A DNA stretch of 32,000 bases from Caedibacter taeniospiralis (GCF_002803295.2 NZ_PGGB02000005.1:60059-92058), one strand, 5' to 3'; numbered from the stretch's first letter, positions 19,913-29,380 are shown. The notes: generated by a model not told the origin, from the sequence alone. Made by a program: numbers and translations.

Positions 19913-22171
19913 ATGTTTTGGCAGGCACTAGTAAAAATCATCGAACTTAAGCAGGATCTTGATGTTGTTCTGTCAATGTTTGCTAAAGATACATGCAAGC
20001 TTTTGAATATTGATGCGTGCAGTGTATTTATCCTGGATGACACTGAACACATCTACACGTTAAGCGCCTCCACCTTAGTGCCGACACTAAGATCGGGGAT
20101 GATCTATATTAACGCCAGGGACGACTTACTTGGCAAAGTCGCCTTGCGTGAAGAAGCACTTGTGGTTGCTGATATGTCTAAAGCGCCAAGCTATAGTGTC
20201 CTGCAAACGCTGTCGCGTAACAAACTTCAGTCACTCTTGGCAGCTCCCGTTGTTCATAAGGGAGAAGTGATCGCCATAATCGCTTTTCAGTTGAGTGACA
20301 AAGACAAAATTACCGAGAACTTACAGACCGATGTCGCGACCCTTTGCGCTAACCTTTCGTTGCCACTTAATCGTGCGATTCACATTGAGGATATTTCTGA
20401 GCAGATTGAAGACCAGCCTCAAAGCCCGTTGTTCTTTGATGGGATCAGTGCTAATGAAGGCGTGCAAAAGGGGGTTGCTGTTGGTCGCTATAACATCACT
20501 GATATTGAGGAAATTCCCGATAAATTAACTCAGTCTGAGGATGAAGAAAACTTATTTATTGCTGCAGTAAAAGAAGTCAAAGCTTCGCTAAAAGAAATGC
20601 TACAACGCATAAACTTGCTGGTTGGTAATAGCGAGGCTTCTTTATTTGAAGCTTATTTGCAAATGATTGACAGCAGTCGTTTTTATGATGCCATTATTCA
20701 TTACATTCGCCAGGGAATCTGGCTGCAAAGTGCGATTAAACGCGTGGTATTAGAGCAGGTTGCTATTTTTGAACAGATGGATGAGACGTATTTTGCTGAG
20801 CGCGCGAGTGACATTCGTGATTTAGGCAAGCGTGTTTTACTGGTGCTTGAAAATAAGATTTTGAAAAAGAGTCACTATGCGGTTGACACCGTGCTTGTTG
20901 CCAGTGAAGTAACGGCATCGATGATTGCTGAAGTTCCCAAGGGGCGCCTAAAAGCAATTATCTCCGAACATGGCTCCTCGTACTCTCATGCGGCTATCTT
21001 AGCCAAAGCATTATCCATTCCCTTTGTCACTGGCATTAAAGCCTTACCTGTTAGTTTTATTGATGGCAAAGAGGTGATTGTCGATGCCTATGTTGGACGC
21101 ATTTATATTCAACCCACGAAAGGGCTTAAAACTGCTTATGAGAGATTAATCAAGCATGAAAGCCAAAAAGCGGTTGAGCTGCAAGCGATAAAAGAACTCC
21201 CTAGCGAAACACTGGATGGGCATGCTATTGAGCTTAAGGCAAATGTTGGCTTGATTGCAGATCTGGATAGAGCTGTCACCCAAGGGGCTGAAAGCGTTGG
21301 TCTTTACCGCTCTGAAATCCCATTTATGATCCGTGAGCGTTTTCCCAGCGAGGATGAACAGCGGATTATCTACCAGCAAATTTTATCCACATTTCCCAAC
21401 AAACCCGTTGTACTGCGTATTTTAGATGTGGGTGCTGATAAGACCTTACCTTATTTTTATGAAGAGGAGCAAAACCCTGCATTGGGCTGGCGCGGTATCC
21501 GCATGATGCTGGATCAATCCAATTTGTTTTTAATGCAAATCAGAGCAATGCTCAAGGCAAGCCTGCACCATAATAACCTGCGCATTTTACTACCAATGAT
21601 CACCACGATTGAAGAGGTTAAAGAAGCAAAGAAACTGATTCGCCAGGCCTACAAAGAAGTCGTTGAAGAGGGTTTTGACATTGAGCTTCCTGCGATTGGT
21701 GTCATGATTGAAGTGCCAGCAGCAGCCATTCTTATTGATCGCATCATCGGTTTAGTTGATTTTGTCTCCATCGGTTCAAACGATTTAGCGCAATATATTT
21801 TAGCAGTTGATCGCACTAACGAAAAAGTTGCTTCGTTGTACGACCAGCTACATCCTGCGATGATTAGAGTACTTTATCACTTAGTTAAAACCACAAAAAA
21901 ACACAACGCAGAAATTTCTTTATGTGGTGAGCTTGGTGGCAATCCTCTGGCAACTGCTTTGCTTGTTGGCATGGGCTTTGATAGCTTAAGCATGAATGCC
22001 GCTGTACTTCTTAAGGTGAAACATGTTTTAAGAAATGTTTCCTACAAACAGTGTCGGAATGTCTTAAAACACGTACTCAAACTAGCAACCACTGAAGAGG
22101 TGCACACTTATTTAGAGAATTTTCTCGTTGAGAATGACTTAGGCGGACTGATTCGCGCGGGGATTAGCTAA
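19913..22171 (+). CDS. ptsP: Phosphoenolpyruvate-protein phosphotransferase, nitrogen PTS (GAF + EI)
   Basis: 752 aa; N-terminal GAF-type domain, ISEHGSSYSHAAILAKALSIPFVTG active-site His, GLYRSEIPFMIRERFPSEDEQ, LCGELGGNPLA. Confidence 0.93.
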   Translation: MFWQALVKIIELKQDLDVVLSMFAKDTCKLLNIDACSVFILDDTEHIYTLSASTLVPTLRSGMIYINARDDLLGKVALREEALVVADMSKAPSYSVLQTLSRNKLQSLLAAPVVHKGEVIAIIAFQLSDKDKITENLQTDVATLCANLSLPLNRAIHIEDISEQIEDQPQSPLFFDGISANEGVQKGVAVGRYNITDIEEIPDKLTQSEDEENLFIAAVKEVKASLKEMLQRINLLVGNSEASLFEAYLQMIDSSRFYDAIIHYIRQGIWLQSAIKRVVLEQVAIFEQMDETYFAERASDIRDLGKRVLLVLENKILKKSHYAVDTVLVASEVTASMIAEVPKGRLKAIISEHGSSYSHAAILAKALSIPFVTGIKALPVSFIDGKEVIVDAYVGRIYIQPTKGLKTAYERLIKHESQKAVELQAIKELPSETLDGHAIELKANVGLIADLDRAVTQGAESVGLYRSEIPFMIRERFPSEDEQRIIYQQILSTFPNKPVVLRILDVGADKTLPYFYEEEQNPALGWRGIRMMLDQSNLFLMQIRAMLKASLHHNNLRILLPMITTIEEVKEAKKLIRQAYKEVVEEGFDIELPAIGVMIEVPAAAILIDRIIGLVDFVSIGSNDLAQYILAVDRTNEKVASLYDQLHPAMIRVLYHLVKTTKKHNAEISLCGELGGNPLATALLVGMGFDSLSMNAAVLLKVKHVLRNVSYKQCRNVLKHVLKLATTEEVHTYLENFLVENDLGGLIRAGIS

Positions 22172-22233
22172 CTCCAATAACTAATTTGAAAATCGCGCTT
22201 TGACAAAAATAAGAATTTAGAAAAGGAAAGAGG

Positions 22234-23088
22234 ATGATAAAAGGGTATGGTTTTGGTTTTCTCTATGTTTTTCTTGTCGCTGCTTCGACCATTTGGCTAA
22301 ACAGTCTGGGTCAAGGCATAACCATTCCTATCCTTTTATTTTATACCTCGCTGACCTCAATATTGATTTTCAATTTGGTGAATATTAATCGGTTTAAGCA
22401 AAACCATGCGCTAATTTTGAGTTCCAAGAAAAATTGGCTTTATATGTCAATTTGCCTAATCTTCGTCTGGTATTTTACCTACTATGCAACAATTCACAGT
22501 TCTGCTGAATTTTTCATTGCGACAGCGTTTTTGACGGCAGCATTTATTTCTTCAGGGCTTGCCAAGAAATATTTTAAAACCTTGGCTTGTGTGTTCTCTT
22601 TGGGGTTGGTTTATTTTTATTCTTCTATCGATTCGCCTATCACTTTAGGGACCGCCATGCTTGCAGGGGCAGCAACTTATGCCTATTACCGAAGTTCTTA
22701 TCAATTTAGCCAAGAAACAAAAATGAGTGCGTTGGCAATTCTCTCCATTCGATTTTATCTGGTTTTGCTTTTTGCAGTGCTTTACATTGTGGCTTCAGGC
22801 GAGCTCATTCATCTAAAAATTTCGATTGATGAAATCGCGGTAATTGTCTTATTTGCATTGGTGAACATGGTAATGCCCGCTTATTTGTCGCAAACCTCTT
22901 TGCATGCTATCGGTGTCAGTAAGTTTACTTTTTTAAACACGCTCATCCCTGCTTTAACCTTCTTTTTGGATGCCATTTTTAATCATACTTGGCATATTCA
23001 AATGCTTGTTGCTTGTCTTTGTGCTACGCTGACCCTGAATGTAGATCAATGGGGACGGGCATTTAGCGCCCGCCAGCAACGTCAATAA
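22234..23088 (+). CDS. DMT/EamA-type membrane transporter
   Basis: 284 aa with about ten hydrophobic segments and a two-half organisation; good SD (GGAAAGAGG) upstream. Confidence 0.65.
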   Translation: MIKGYGFGFLYVFLVAASTIWLNSLGQGITIPILLFYTSLTSILIFNLVNINRFKQNHALILSSKKNWLYMSICLIFVWYFTYYATIHSSAEFFIATAFLTAAFISSGLAKKYFKTLACVFSLGLVYFYSSIDSPITLGTAMLAGAATYAYYRSSYQFSQETKMSALAILSIRFYLVLLFAVLYIVASGELIHLKISIDEIAVIVLFALVNMVMPAYLSQTSLHAIGVSKFTFLNTLIPALTFFLDAIFNHTWHIQMLVACLCATLTLNVDQWGRAFSARQQRQ

Positions 23089-23809
23089 AACTTCCTGTGA
23101 CATACGAGGCTTCATCGGACAACAACCAAAGAATGGCATTTGCTACTTCACCTGGCTCACCACCTCTTTGCATCGGTAAGGAATCTTTGATGCGATCAAC
23201 CCGATTAGGCTCACCACCGCTGGCATGGATATCAGTATAAATGAATCCAGGTCTGACACAGTTCACACGAATTCCCTCATTTGCCACTTCTCGTGATAGG
23301 CCTATGGTTAAAGTATCGATTGCTCCTTTTGAGGCGGCATAGTCCACATATTCTCCAGAGGAACCTAAGCGTGATGCGGCAGAGGAAACATTAACAATCG
23401 CACCTCCACTTCCCCCTTGTTTCGTAGACATGCGTTTCACAGCCTCACGTGCGCATAAGAAATGGCTTGTGATGTTGGTCGTGAAAATTCGGTTGAGTCG
23501 GGCCATATCCATTTGATCAACACGCATTTTTTGCTCTAGGATTCCCACATTGTTGACTAAGGCTGTTAGGAGACCTAGTTCTTTGTCTACCGTTTTAAAG
23601 AGCTTTTCAACAACGGATTCTTGGCTAACATCCCCTTCAATAGCAATTGCTATCCCGCCAGTTTTTTGGATTTGAGCAACCAAATTCTGAGCTGACTGTT
23701 GCTTACGAAGGTAGTTAATACATACAGCGTAACCTTGTGCTACCGCTTTTAATGCAGTTTCAGCACCAATTCCACGGCTTGCACCTGTGATCAACATTAC
23801 TTTTTGCAT
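23063..23809 (-). CDS. SDR-family oxidoreductase (FabG/glucose-1-dehydrogenase-like)
   Basis: LITGASRGIGAET, NNVGILEQ, VNVSSAASRLG, YVDYAASKGAID, RVNCVRPGFIYTDIH. Confidence 0.9.
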   Translation of the reverse strand: MQKVMLITGASRGIGAETALKAVAQGYAVCINYLRKQQSAQNLVAQIQKTGGIAIAIEGDVSQESVVEKLFKTVDKELGLLTALVNNVGILEQKMRVDQMDMARLNRIFTTNITSHFLCAREAVKRMSTKQGGSGGAIVNVSSAASRLGSSGEYVDYAASKGAIDTLTIGLSREVANEGIRVNCVRPGFIYTDIHASGGEPNRVDRIKDSLPMQRGGEPGEVANAILWLLSDEASYVTGSFIDVAGGR

Positions 23810-23844
23810 GTGGTAGTCCTTTCTCGGTCTGGCACCTCATTATT

Positions 23845-24534
23845 CTAGTCAATATTGGACTTACTGATAATGTGCGTACTCCATTTTTTCTTGAGCAGCA
23901 GGCATTTTTTGTTGAGGTAGTTTAACGGAAAGGGCATGGGGCGCATAATATCAACCATCAAGATAACGCGAATGCTGTCGCTGTGATTCGTGACTTCATG
24001 GTCATAGCGATCATCAATGATAATGCTTTCACCCATTTTCCAAGTATAGGTCTTGTCAGATACCCTAATAAAAGGAGGGTTGTTTTTGGGGATCGTAATT
24101 CCAAGGTGATACCTCAGTATGCCTGCATAAGGGCCCTGATGTGCTGCAAGGCAGACGCCAGGCTCCAGCACAGCGATCGTTACATTAATCGGATCGGGCA
24201 TGCCTTTGATAAGCTCAAGTAGTTTAGGGCAATCTTTTTGGGCATGGGGGTTGATTTGCCACATGAAAGACACATAGTAGAGTTTCCAGTTTTCAGAAAC
24301 CTCTTTGGCTCGAATGGGATCAATATCTTTGTAGGCAGTCAAATTTCTGGTTGAGACTAGCTGATCAATTTCTTCTTTAATTTCATCAAAGTGGTCTTCT
24401 AATATTTTTGAGTCTGGAAAAACCTTTTTTGAATCCAAAAAAGGCGGGCGCCTGTCCCAGCCTGCATAAGTTAAAAAAAGAGCATTTAAGAGGCTTCTGA
24501 AAAAAGCGCTATTCTTACTGATTGATCCCTTCAT
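23845..24534 (-). CDS. Aspartyl/asparaginyl beta-hydroxylase-family dioxygenase (LpxO-like)
   Basis: 229 aa; LEPGVCLAAHQGPYAGILRYHLGITIP and DDRYDHEVTNHSDSIRVILMVDIMRP metal/2OG-binding motifs. Confidence 0.82.
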   Translation of the reverse strand: MKGSISKNSAFFRSLLNALFLTYAGWDRRPPFLDSKKVFPDSKILEDHFDEIKEEIDQLVSTRNLTAYKDIDPIRAKEVSENWKLYYVSFMWQINPHAQKDCPKLLELIKGMPDPINVTIAVLEPGVCLAAHQGPYAGILRYHLGITIPKNNPPFIRVSDKTYTWKMGESIIIDDRYDHEVTNHSDSIRVILMVDIMRPMPFPLNYLNKKCLLLKKKWSTHIISKSNID

Positions 24535-24545
24535 TTTTCCCTCTC

Positions 24546-25379
24546 TTAATTTCTAGGTTTTCTGGCAATGATATAGCAGAACTGGCCTATTTTTTGTCTG
24601 AGTTTATCCCTGGACTGAATATAGTCATGAATTTTCCCACTTTCTTTTAAAGAGGTTAATTTATTCAGTACCCCATTGAGCTCATCTGGGGTTAATAAGG
24701 AAAAATGCGAGTCGCCATCCCTGAATTCTTTCTTATAAAGAGAGTCAGCATCGAAATATCCATTGTGTTGGATGATGGTAGAAGTGGGTACGATTTTTTC
24801 TGGGGTGGCATAGCCAAACGTATTGAGTATTTCTACCAATTGATCATCAGATAAAAAGCGTTTTTTCATTCTATCTACGGCAGGCTTAATCAATTCACCC
24901 CACCACACGCCATCATCCAATTGTTCGTGAGTGATGGTGTTGATGATCAATCTCCCATTGGGTTTTAAAGCCTTAAGCGCATATTCAAAAAAGCGTCTGT
25001 GATTTTTAAAGTTTGTGTCTACTTCATCTATGTGATGAAGCGACTGGTTGCACATAATAGCATCGAATGTATTTTCTTTAAATGGAAGCTCAGAAATATC
25101 ACATCGAATTAGGTCATCATTTTTCAGGTCTTTTTCTGTATATTTTTCTTTTGCTTTGGCAAGCATTCCCTGGCTAAAATCTGCGGAAATCACATTTGGA
25201 ATGAATTTTTTTAAAGGGACTGCATAGTTACCTGTACCACACCCTGCATCCAGAACCTTAATATTTTCCAGTTTCTCCTGTATCGTTAGAATGTAGCCAA
25301 GGACAATTTCAATACCGACTGCGCTTCTGGTTTTATCATAATTTTTGCTGGTTTCGTCATAGCGCTCATACTTACTCAT
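24546..25379 (-). CDS. Class I SAM-dependent methyltransferase
   Basis: VLDAGCGTGNYAVPLKKFIPNVISADFSQGMLAKAKE, FDAIMCNQSLHHI. Confidence 0.88.
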   Translation of the reverse strand: MSKYERYDETSKNYDKTRSAVGIEIVLGYILTIQEKLENIKVLDAGCGTGNYAVPLKKFIPNVISADFSQGMLAKAKEKYTEKDLKNDDLIRCDISELPFKENTFDAIMCNQSLHHIDEVDTNFKNHRRFFEYALKALKPNGRLIINTITHEQLDDGVWWGELIKPAVDRMKKRFLSDDQLVEILNTFGYATPEKIVPTSTIIQHNGYFDADSLYKKEFRDGDSHFSLLTPDELNGVLNKLTSLKESGKIHDYIQSRDKLRQKIGQFCYIIARKPRN

Positions 25380-25561
25380 TTGCTTAACTCCTTGTCGCTG
25401 ATTTTGATTGCTTCACTGCTGATTAAATTGGGTATGCCATCCTTGATGAGATAGGCGACACCGATCTCTTTTGAGATTAAGCGGTTATTTGCCTCATCAT
25501 AAATTAGAGGTTGCCTGGTGGTTGGGCAAACAAGATAATTGAGTAGTTCCTTGTTAAACAT
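25376..25561 (-). CDS. Trm112/YcaR-like small protein
   Basis: From internal start MFNKELLNYLVCPTTRQPLIYDEANNRLISKEIGVAYLIKDGIPNLIS; overlaps upstream gene by 8 nt and downstream methyltransferase by 4 nt (ORF track gives 25376-25627). Confidence 0.75.
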   Translation of the reverse strand: MFNKELLNYLVCPTTRQPLIYDEANNRLISKEIGVAYLIKDGIPNLISSEAIKISDKELSK

Positions 25562-26603
25562 TTTTAGCGTTCTCCGTTGCTGAGTTGAAGTTAATGATAG
25601 ATTGTAAAGGTACTGGGGAAAAGCCAAGGCGTTCTTTTATAGCCTGTGTTGTGCGTCCTGCCTCAATGATCTTGTAATTATGTTGTAGGGCATATTGATA
25701 CAAATTGACATACAACATGGTGTAAGGGCTGTATTCAGTTAAGGAGTAATCCACCCCAAGCGCCCAAAAATGCAGCGTGTCATGGTCTAAAAATACGATA
25801 CCAGCAGCGACTCGCTGCTCGCCATGCTTGATCTCAAGTACCGTTGCAATGGCATCGCAGCTTTTTAGAAAATTGTACATCGGGCCTTTCGGATAGTAAG
25901 CCCCTGTCCCATATTTGTCAGTGGTCTGATGAATCAAATCGACAACCGCTTCTAAATCAGCATCCCGAATGTTGTACCACTTTGCAGAGGAGTCGGTTGC
26001 ATTGTATTTTCGTATTTGCCTATTTACTTCTTGTCGCCCATGTCTAGGTAGCTTTGCAATAATTTCATCTAAACTGGAGTGTGGAGCTATCTCTGTCCTA
26101 AAACGATTCCACATAGGATTGATTTTGTACTCATGCTTGCTAAAAATATCCAAGGGATAGCTTAAGGAATGAGTATCAATATTTAAAACACCGCAGCATT
26201 CTATTTGTTCTTTTTGGCGGATTGCTTTCAAAGAGCTCAAGATTTTTTCAATTACGATGTTTTCATGGCCTTTGGCCGCCAAAATTCTTGAATCGCTAAC
26301 GTGCATAATATGAGAGAAGAGCGCTTTGGTATCAGCAGAAAAATCATAGTTAGTGCTTTGGCTTAGCACTTTGAAGGTGTCTACATTTTTTTGTAGGTAT
26401 AAAGGGAGAAAGCCAACAATATCATCCTTGTGTTTAACAACGATGTAGAATGTTTTTAAGGTAGGAAGCAACGGAAATTGCTCAACAGCATTTAAAAGTT
26501 CCCAGCTATAAAATACAGATGCCCCCACAGATTTTTGAAATTTTTCGTATGGAGCGTGTTCAATGCTCTTAAGACCTTCAAAAACAGAAACTTCAAAACT
26601 CAA
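25554..26603 (-). CDS. FemAB/GNAT-like N-acyltransferase (Acetyltransf_6 type)
   Basis: 349 aa; LPRHGRQEVNRQIRKY, VAAGIVFLDHDTLHFWALGVDYSLTEYSPYTMLYVNLYQYALQHNYKIIEAGR. Confidence 0.75.
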   Translation of the reverse strand: MSFEVSVFEGLKSIEHAPYEKFQKSVGASVFYSWELLNAVEQFPLLPTLKTFYIVVKHKDDIVGFLPLYLQKNVDTFKVLSQSTNYDFSADTKALFSHIMHVSDSRILAAKGHENIVIEKILSSLKAIRQKEQIECCGVLNIDTHSLSYPLDIFSKHEYKINPMWNRFRTEIAPHSSLDEIIAKLPRHGRQEVNRQIRKYNATDSSAKWYNIRDADLEAVVDLIHQTTDKYGTGAYYPKGPMYNFLKSCDAIATVLEIKHGEQRVAAGIVFLDHDTLHFWALGVDYSLTEYSPYTMLYVNLYQYALQHNYKIIEAGRTTQAIKERLGFSPVPLQSIINFNSATENAKNV

Positions 26604-26986
26604 GATCGCCCCCTAGCTAATTTATATTCTATGGTGTCGTGATTTAATAAATCAATGGCACTACCTCAAGCAAGCACAGGTAAGTAACCACAAGATTTTA
26701 ATCTCTTCGGGATATATTTCCCGCTGCTTGCGGCAGGGAGTTTCATTTGAGCCCAGTTTTCAAATTTATTATGATTTTTTGCAAAAAAGCAATCAAATGG
26801 AAATGAAACTTAGGAGCGAATTCTAGCGTAAAACGTAAGGCAATACAAAACAAAAATTAGGTTTTTGCTATTTCAGGGAAGTGTAAGAAAAAGTGATGAA
26901 GGTGTTGTTTAATTCCTGTAAATATTGTAATTTTATGGCAGTTCGCACAAACTTGGCATAGCTCAGGTAAAGAGATAACGAAGTGA

Positions 26987-27300
26987 TTAAGATTCAACTT
27001 AATTAGGGAAGCACAATGCTGTGAAAATGTGCGTAAATTACGTTGGTCAAAGGGCGTGATCTGTGCCCATATTGCCAAGCCCTGTCAGAAGAGATTATGA
27101 AGAGAAGGAGAGTGGGGAAAAGCATGTTCTGTCCACGTTATCGTTGCGAACGATGTCATCAGGACTTTGATGACTTAACTAATAGCATTTTCACAGCGTG
27201 CCATCAACCCCTGAGGGTGTGGATTTTACGCCTTTATTTTATGGGTTTAAAGTTATCCAATGAGCAGATTGCAAAGAAGTTTGTGTATAATGCAAGAAAA
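26987..27300 (+). pseudogene. IS1595-family transposase N-terminal remnant (frameshifted, no catalytic domain); boundaries approximate
   Basis: RLFNLIREAQCCENVRKLRWSKGV in one frame continues, after a frameshift near 27056-27066, as LCPYCQ...FCPRYRCERCHQDFDDLTNSIFTACHQPLRVWILRLYFMGLKLSNEQIAKKF; matches the LRW..G..CP.C zinc-ribbon layout of IS1595-like transposases. Confidence 0.65.
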
Positions 27301-27368
27301 AAGAGAAAGGTCTTACCTGACCACTCTTTAGAGGCTTTTTTATGTAGAAAACCAACATTGGAGAAAGC

Positions 27369-28268
27369 ATGACCATCACCTCCCTGAAACACCAAAAGAA
27401 CCATCTAAAAAATTAAAGGAACTGCTTTACAGCTCGGAATTAAAATTTTTTATGGAGTCTCATAGTGCATTAAGTGCCAAAATTGCAGAGGATGCAGGAT
27501 TTGAGGCTTTATGGGCCTCACGTCTCTCCATTTCTGCTTCAATGGGGTTAAGTGATAGAAACGAAGCCTCTTGGACACAGGTTCTAGAGGTAGTTGAGTT
27601 TATGGCTGACCATACTAAAGTTCCTATTTTAATGGATGGCGACACTGGCTTTGGCAACTTCAATAATGTGCGCCGTTTAGTGAAAAAGCTCTCCCAAAAA
27701 GGAGTGGCTGGGGTATGCCTGGAAGATAAGCTATTTCCAAAGCTTAATTCTTTCTTAGGGGATGGTCAGGAATTAGCAGATATTGAAGAGTTCAGTGGAA
27801 AAATTAAAGCTGCCAAAGATAGCCAACTGCATGATGATTTTTGTGTGGTAGCACGTACTGAAGCGCTTGTTGCAGGTCATGGCATGGACGAAGCTTTGAA
27901 GCGTGCAGATCGTTTTCATGCTGCTGGTGCAGATGCCATCTTGATTCATTCTAAAAAAGATACGGGAGACGAGGTGCTAGAATTTTGTAAACGGTGGGAG
28001 AATCGTTGCCCTGTCGTGATCGTGCCGACAAAATACTACAAAACTCCCACCACCACTTATCGGGAAGCTGGCGTGTCAACTGTAATTTGGGCTAACCATA
28101 GCTTGCGTGCGTCTATTGCAGCGATGAAGCGTGTAACTTCTCTGAATTAAAAAAGAAGAAGCTGTTTCTGGTATTGAGCATGAAATTGCCTCTCTTCACG
28201 ATGTGTTCTCATTAACAAATGAATTTGAAGTGCAGGAAGCTGAAAGAAAATACGGTATGCCATCATGA
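27369..28268 (+). CDS. aepX: Phosphoenolpyruvate mutase, reading frame interrupted twice (core ORF 27452-28150)
   Basis: PEP mutase signature [10 protein letters not shown] (EDK-x5-NS), [60 protein letters not shown] at 27360-27363 before ATG 27369; C-terminal [30 protein letters not shown] in a different frame, ending at TGA 28266-28268. Confidence 0.85.
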
Positions 28269-29377
28269 TTTGTCCAGAATATTTTACCAATGCTCTCATT
28301 GATCGTGGCGTGCAATTTTTCACAGGGGTGCCTTGCTCCTATTTAACCCCATTGATCAATGAGGTCATCGCTACCGAGGTCACGGATTACGTGATTGCTT
28401 CAAGCGAAGGAGATGCCCTTGCTATGGCTTCAGGAGCATGGCTCGCTGGCAAATTAGGATTGGTGATGTGTCAAAATTCAGGACTTGGCAACATGATTAA
28501 TCCTTTAACATCATTAAATGCCCCTTTTAACATTCCCGTTTTGCTATTGATCACGTGGAGAGGCAAGCCTGGTGAGCCCGATGAGCCTCAGCATGAGGTA
28601 ATGGGGAAAATTACAACAGGTCTTTTAGATTTAATGGGGATTCAATGGAGCTATTTTCCCGAGACTGAAGCCGAGGTTTTGGCATCCTTGGATAAAGCCA
28701 TGTCAGTCATGGGCAATGCCCATTGTCCTTATGCCCTCATTTTACAAAAGGACAGTTTCAAAACAGGAAAGCCAGCGCCTAAAGTGGTTGAAGATGCGCA
28801 CTTGCCAACTCGTGAGGAAGTATTGAGCACTTTCTTAAAATCTTTGCCCGATGAGGTCTCTGTGATTGCAACCACAGGAAAAACAGGACGGGAGCTATAC
28901 ACGTTGCAAGATCATTCAAAGCATTTCTACTGCGTAGGCTCAATGGGCTATGCTAATGCTTTAGCTCATGGAGTGGCCTTAAATAGCAAAAAACCAGTGT
29001 TTGTGATTGATGGTGATGGAGCAGCGATTATGCATCTTGGAAATCTCACCAGTATTGGTGCCAGTGCGCCGAGTAATTTAGTACATGTTATTTTAGATAA
29101 TGGAACGTATGATTCTACAGGGGCTCAAGCTACCGTTTCGGAGTACGTCGATTTTGCAGCATTAGCCAAAAGTTTGGGCTATAAAAAACAATTTCGCTGC
29201 TCTTCGCTAAGGGATTTTTCAAATGCTTTGAAAACCGTAGATTCTGGTGGACCTGCATTAATTCATTTGAAAATAAAAAGCGGTTCAATGAAAAATTTAG
29301 GGCGTCCAGCGGTTAAGCCGCATGAAATTGCTCGTCGGTTACGTCAACACATTCAGAAAATGGAACAAGGGGAATAG
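28265..29377 (+). CDS. aepY: Phosphonopyruvate decarboxylase (TPP-dependent)
   Basis: GVQFFTGVPCSYLTPLIN, ASSEGDALAMASGAWLAGK, VIDGDGAAIMHLGNLTSIGASAPSNLVHVILDNGTYDSTGAQATV. Confidence 0.92.
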   Translation: MICPEYFTNALIDRGVQFFTGVPCSYLTPLINEVIATEVTDYVIASSEGDALAMASGAWLAGKLGLVMCQNSGLGNMINPLTSLNAPFNIPVLLLITWRGKPGEPDEPQHEVMGKITTGLLDLMGIQWSYFPETEAEVLASLDKAMSVMGNAHCPYALILQKDSFKTGKPAPKVVEDAHLPTREEVLSTFLKSLPDEVSVIATTGKTGRELYTLQDHSKHFYCVGSMGYANALAHGVALNSKKPVFVIDGDGAAIMHLGNLTSIGASAPSNLVHVILDNGTYDSTGAQATVSEYVDFAALAKSLGYKKQFRCSSLRDFSNALKTVDSGGPALIHLKIKSGSMKNLGRPAVKPHEIARRLRQHIQKMEQGE

Positions 29378-29380
29378 TTT

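Noticed and set aside
26857-27078. Minus-strand ORF antisense to the IS remnant (CANCHKITIFTG...)
   Set aside because: No recognisable family. The plus strand carries the transposase-like zinc-ribbon reading instead, so this is probably a spurious antisense ORF.
27324-27343. Intrinsic terminator CTCTTTAGAG + GCTTTTTT upstream of aepX
   Set aside because: The stem is only 4 bp; the T-run is suggestive but the hairpin is too weak to call.
27452-28150. Taking the core ORF starting at ATG 27452 as the full aepX gene
   Set aside because: That Met lies inside the conserved FME(S/A)H motif, has no SD, and would remove the N-terminal helix; the stop at 28148 also drops a clearly related C-terminal segment.
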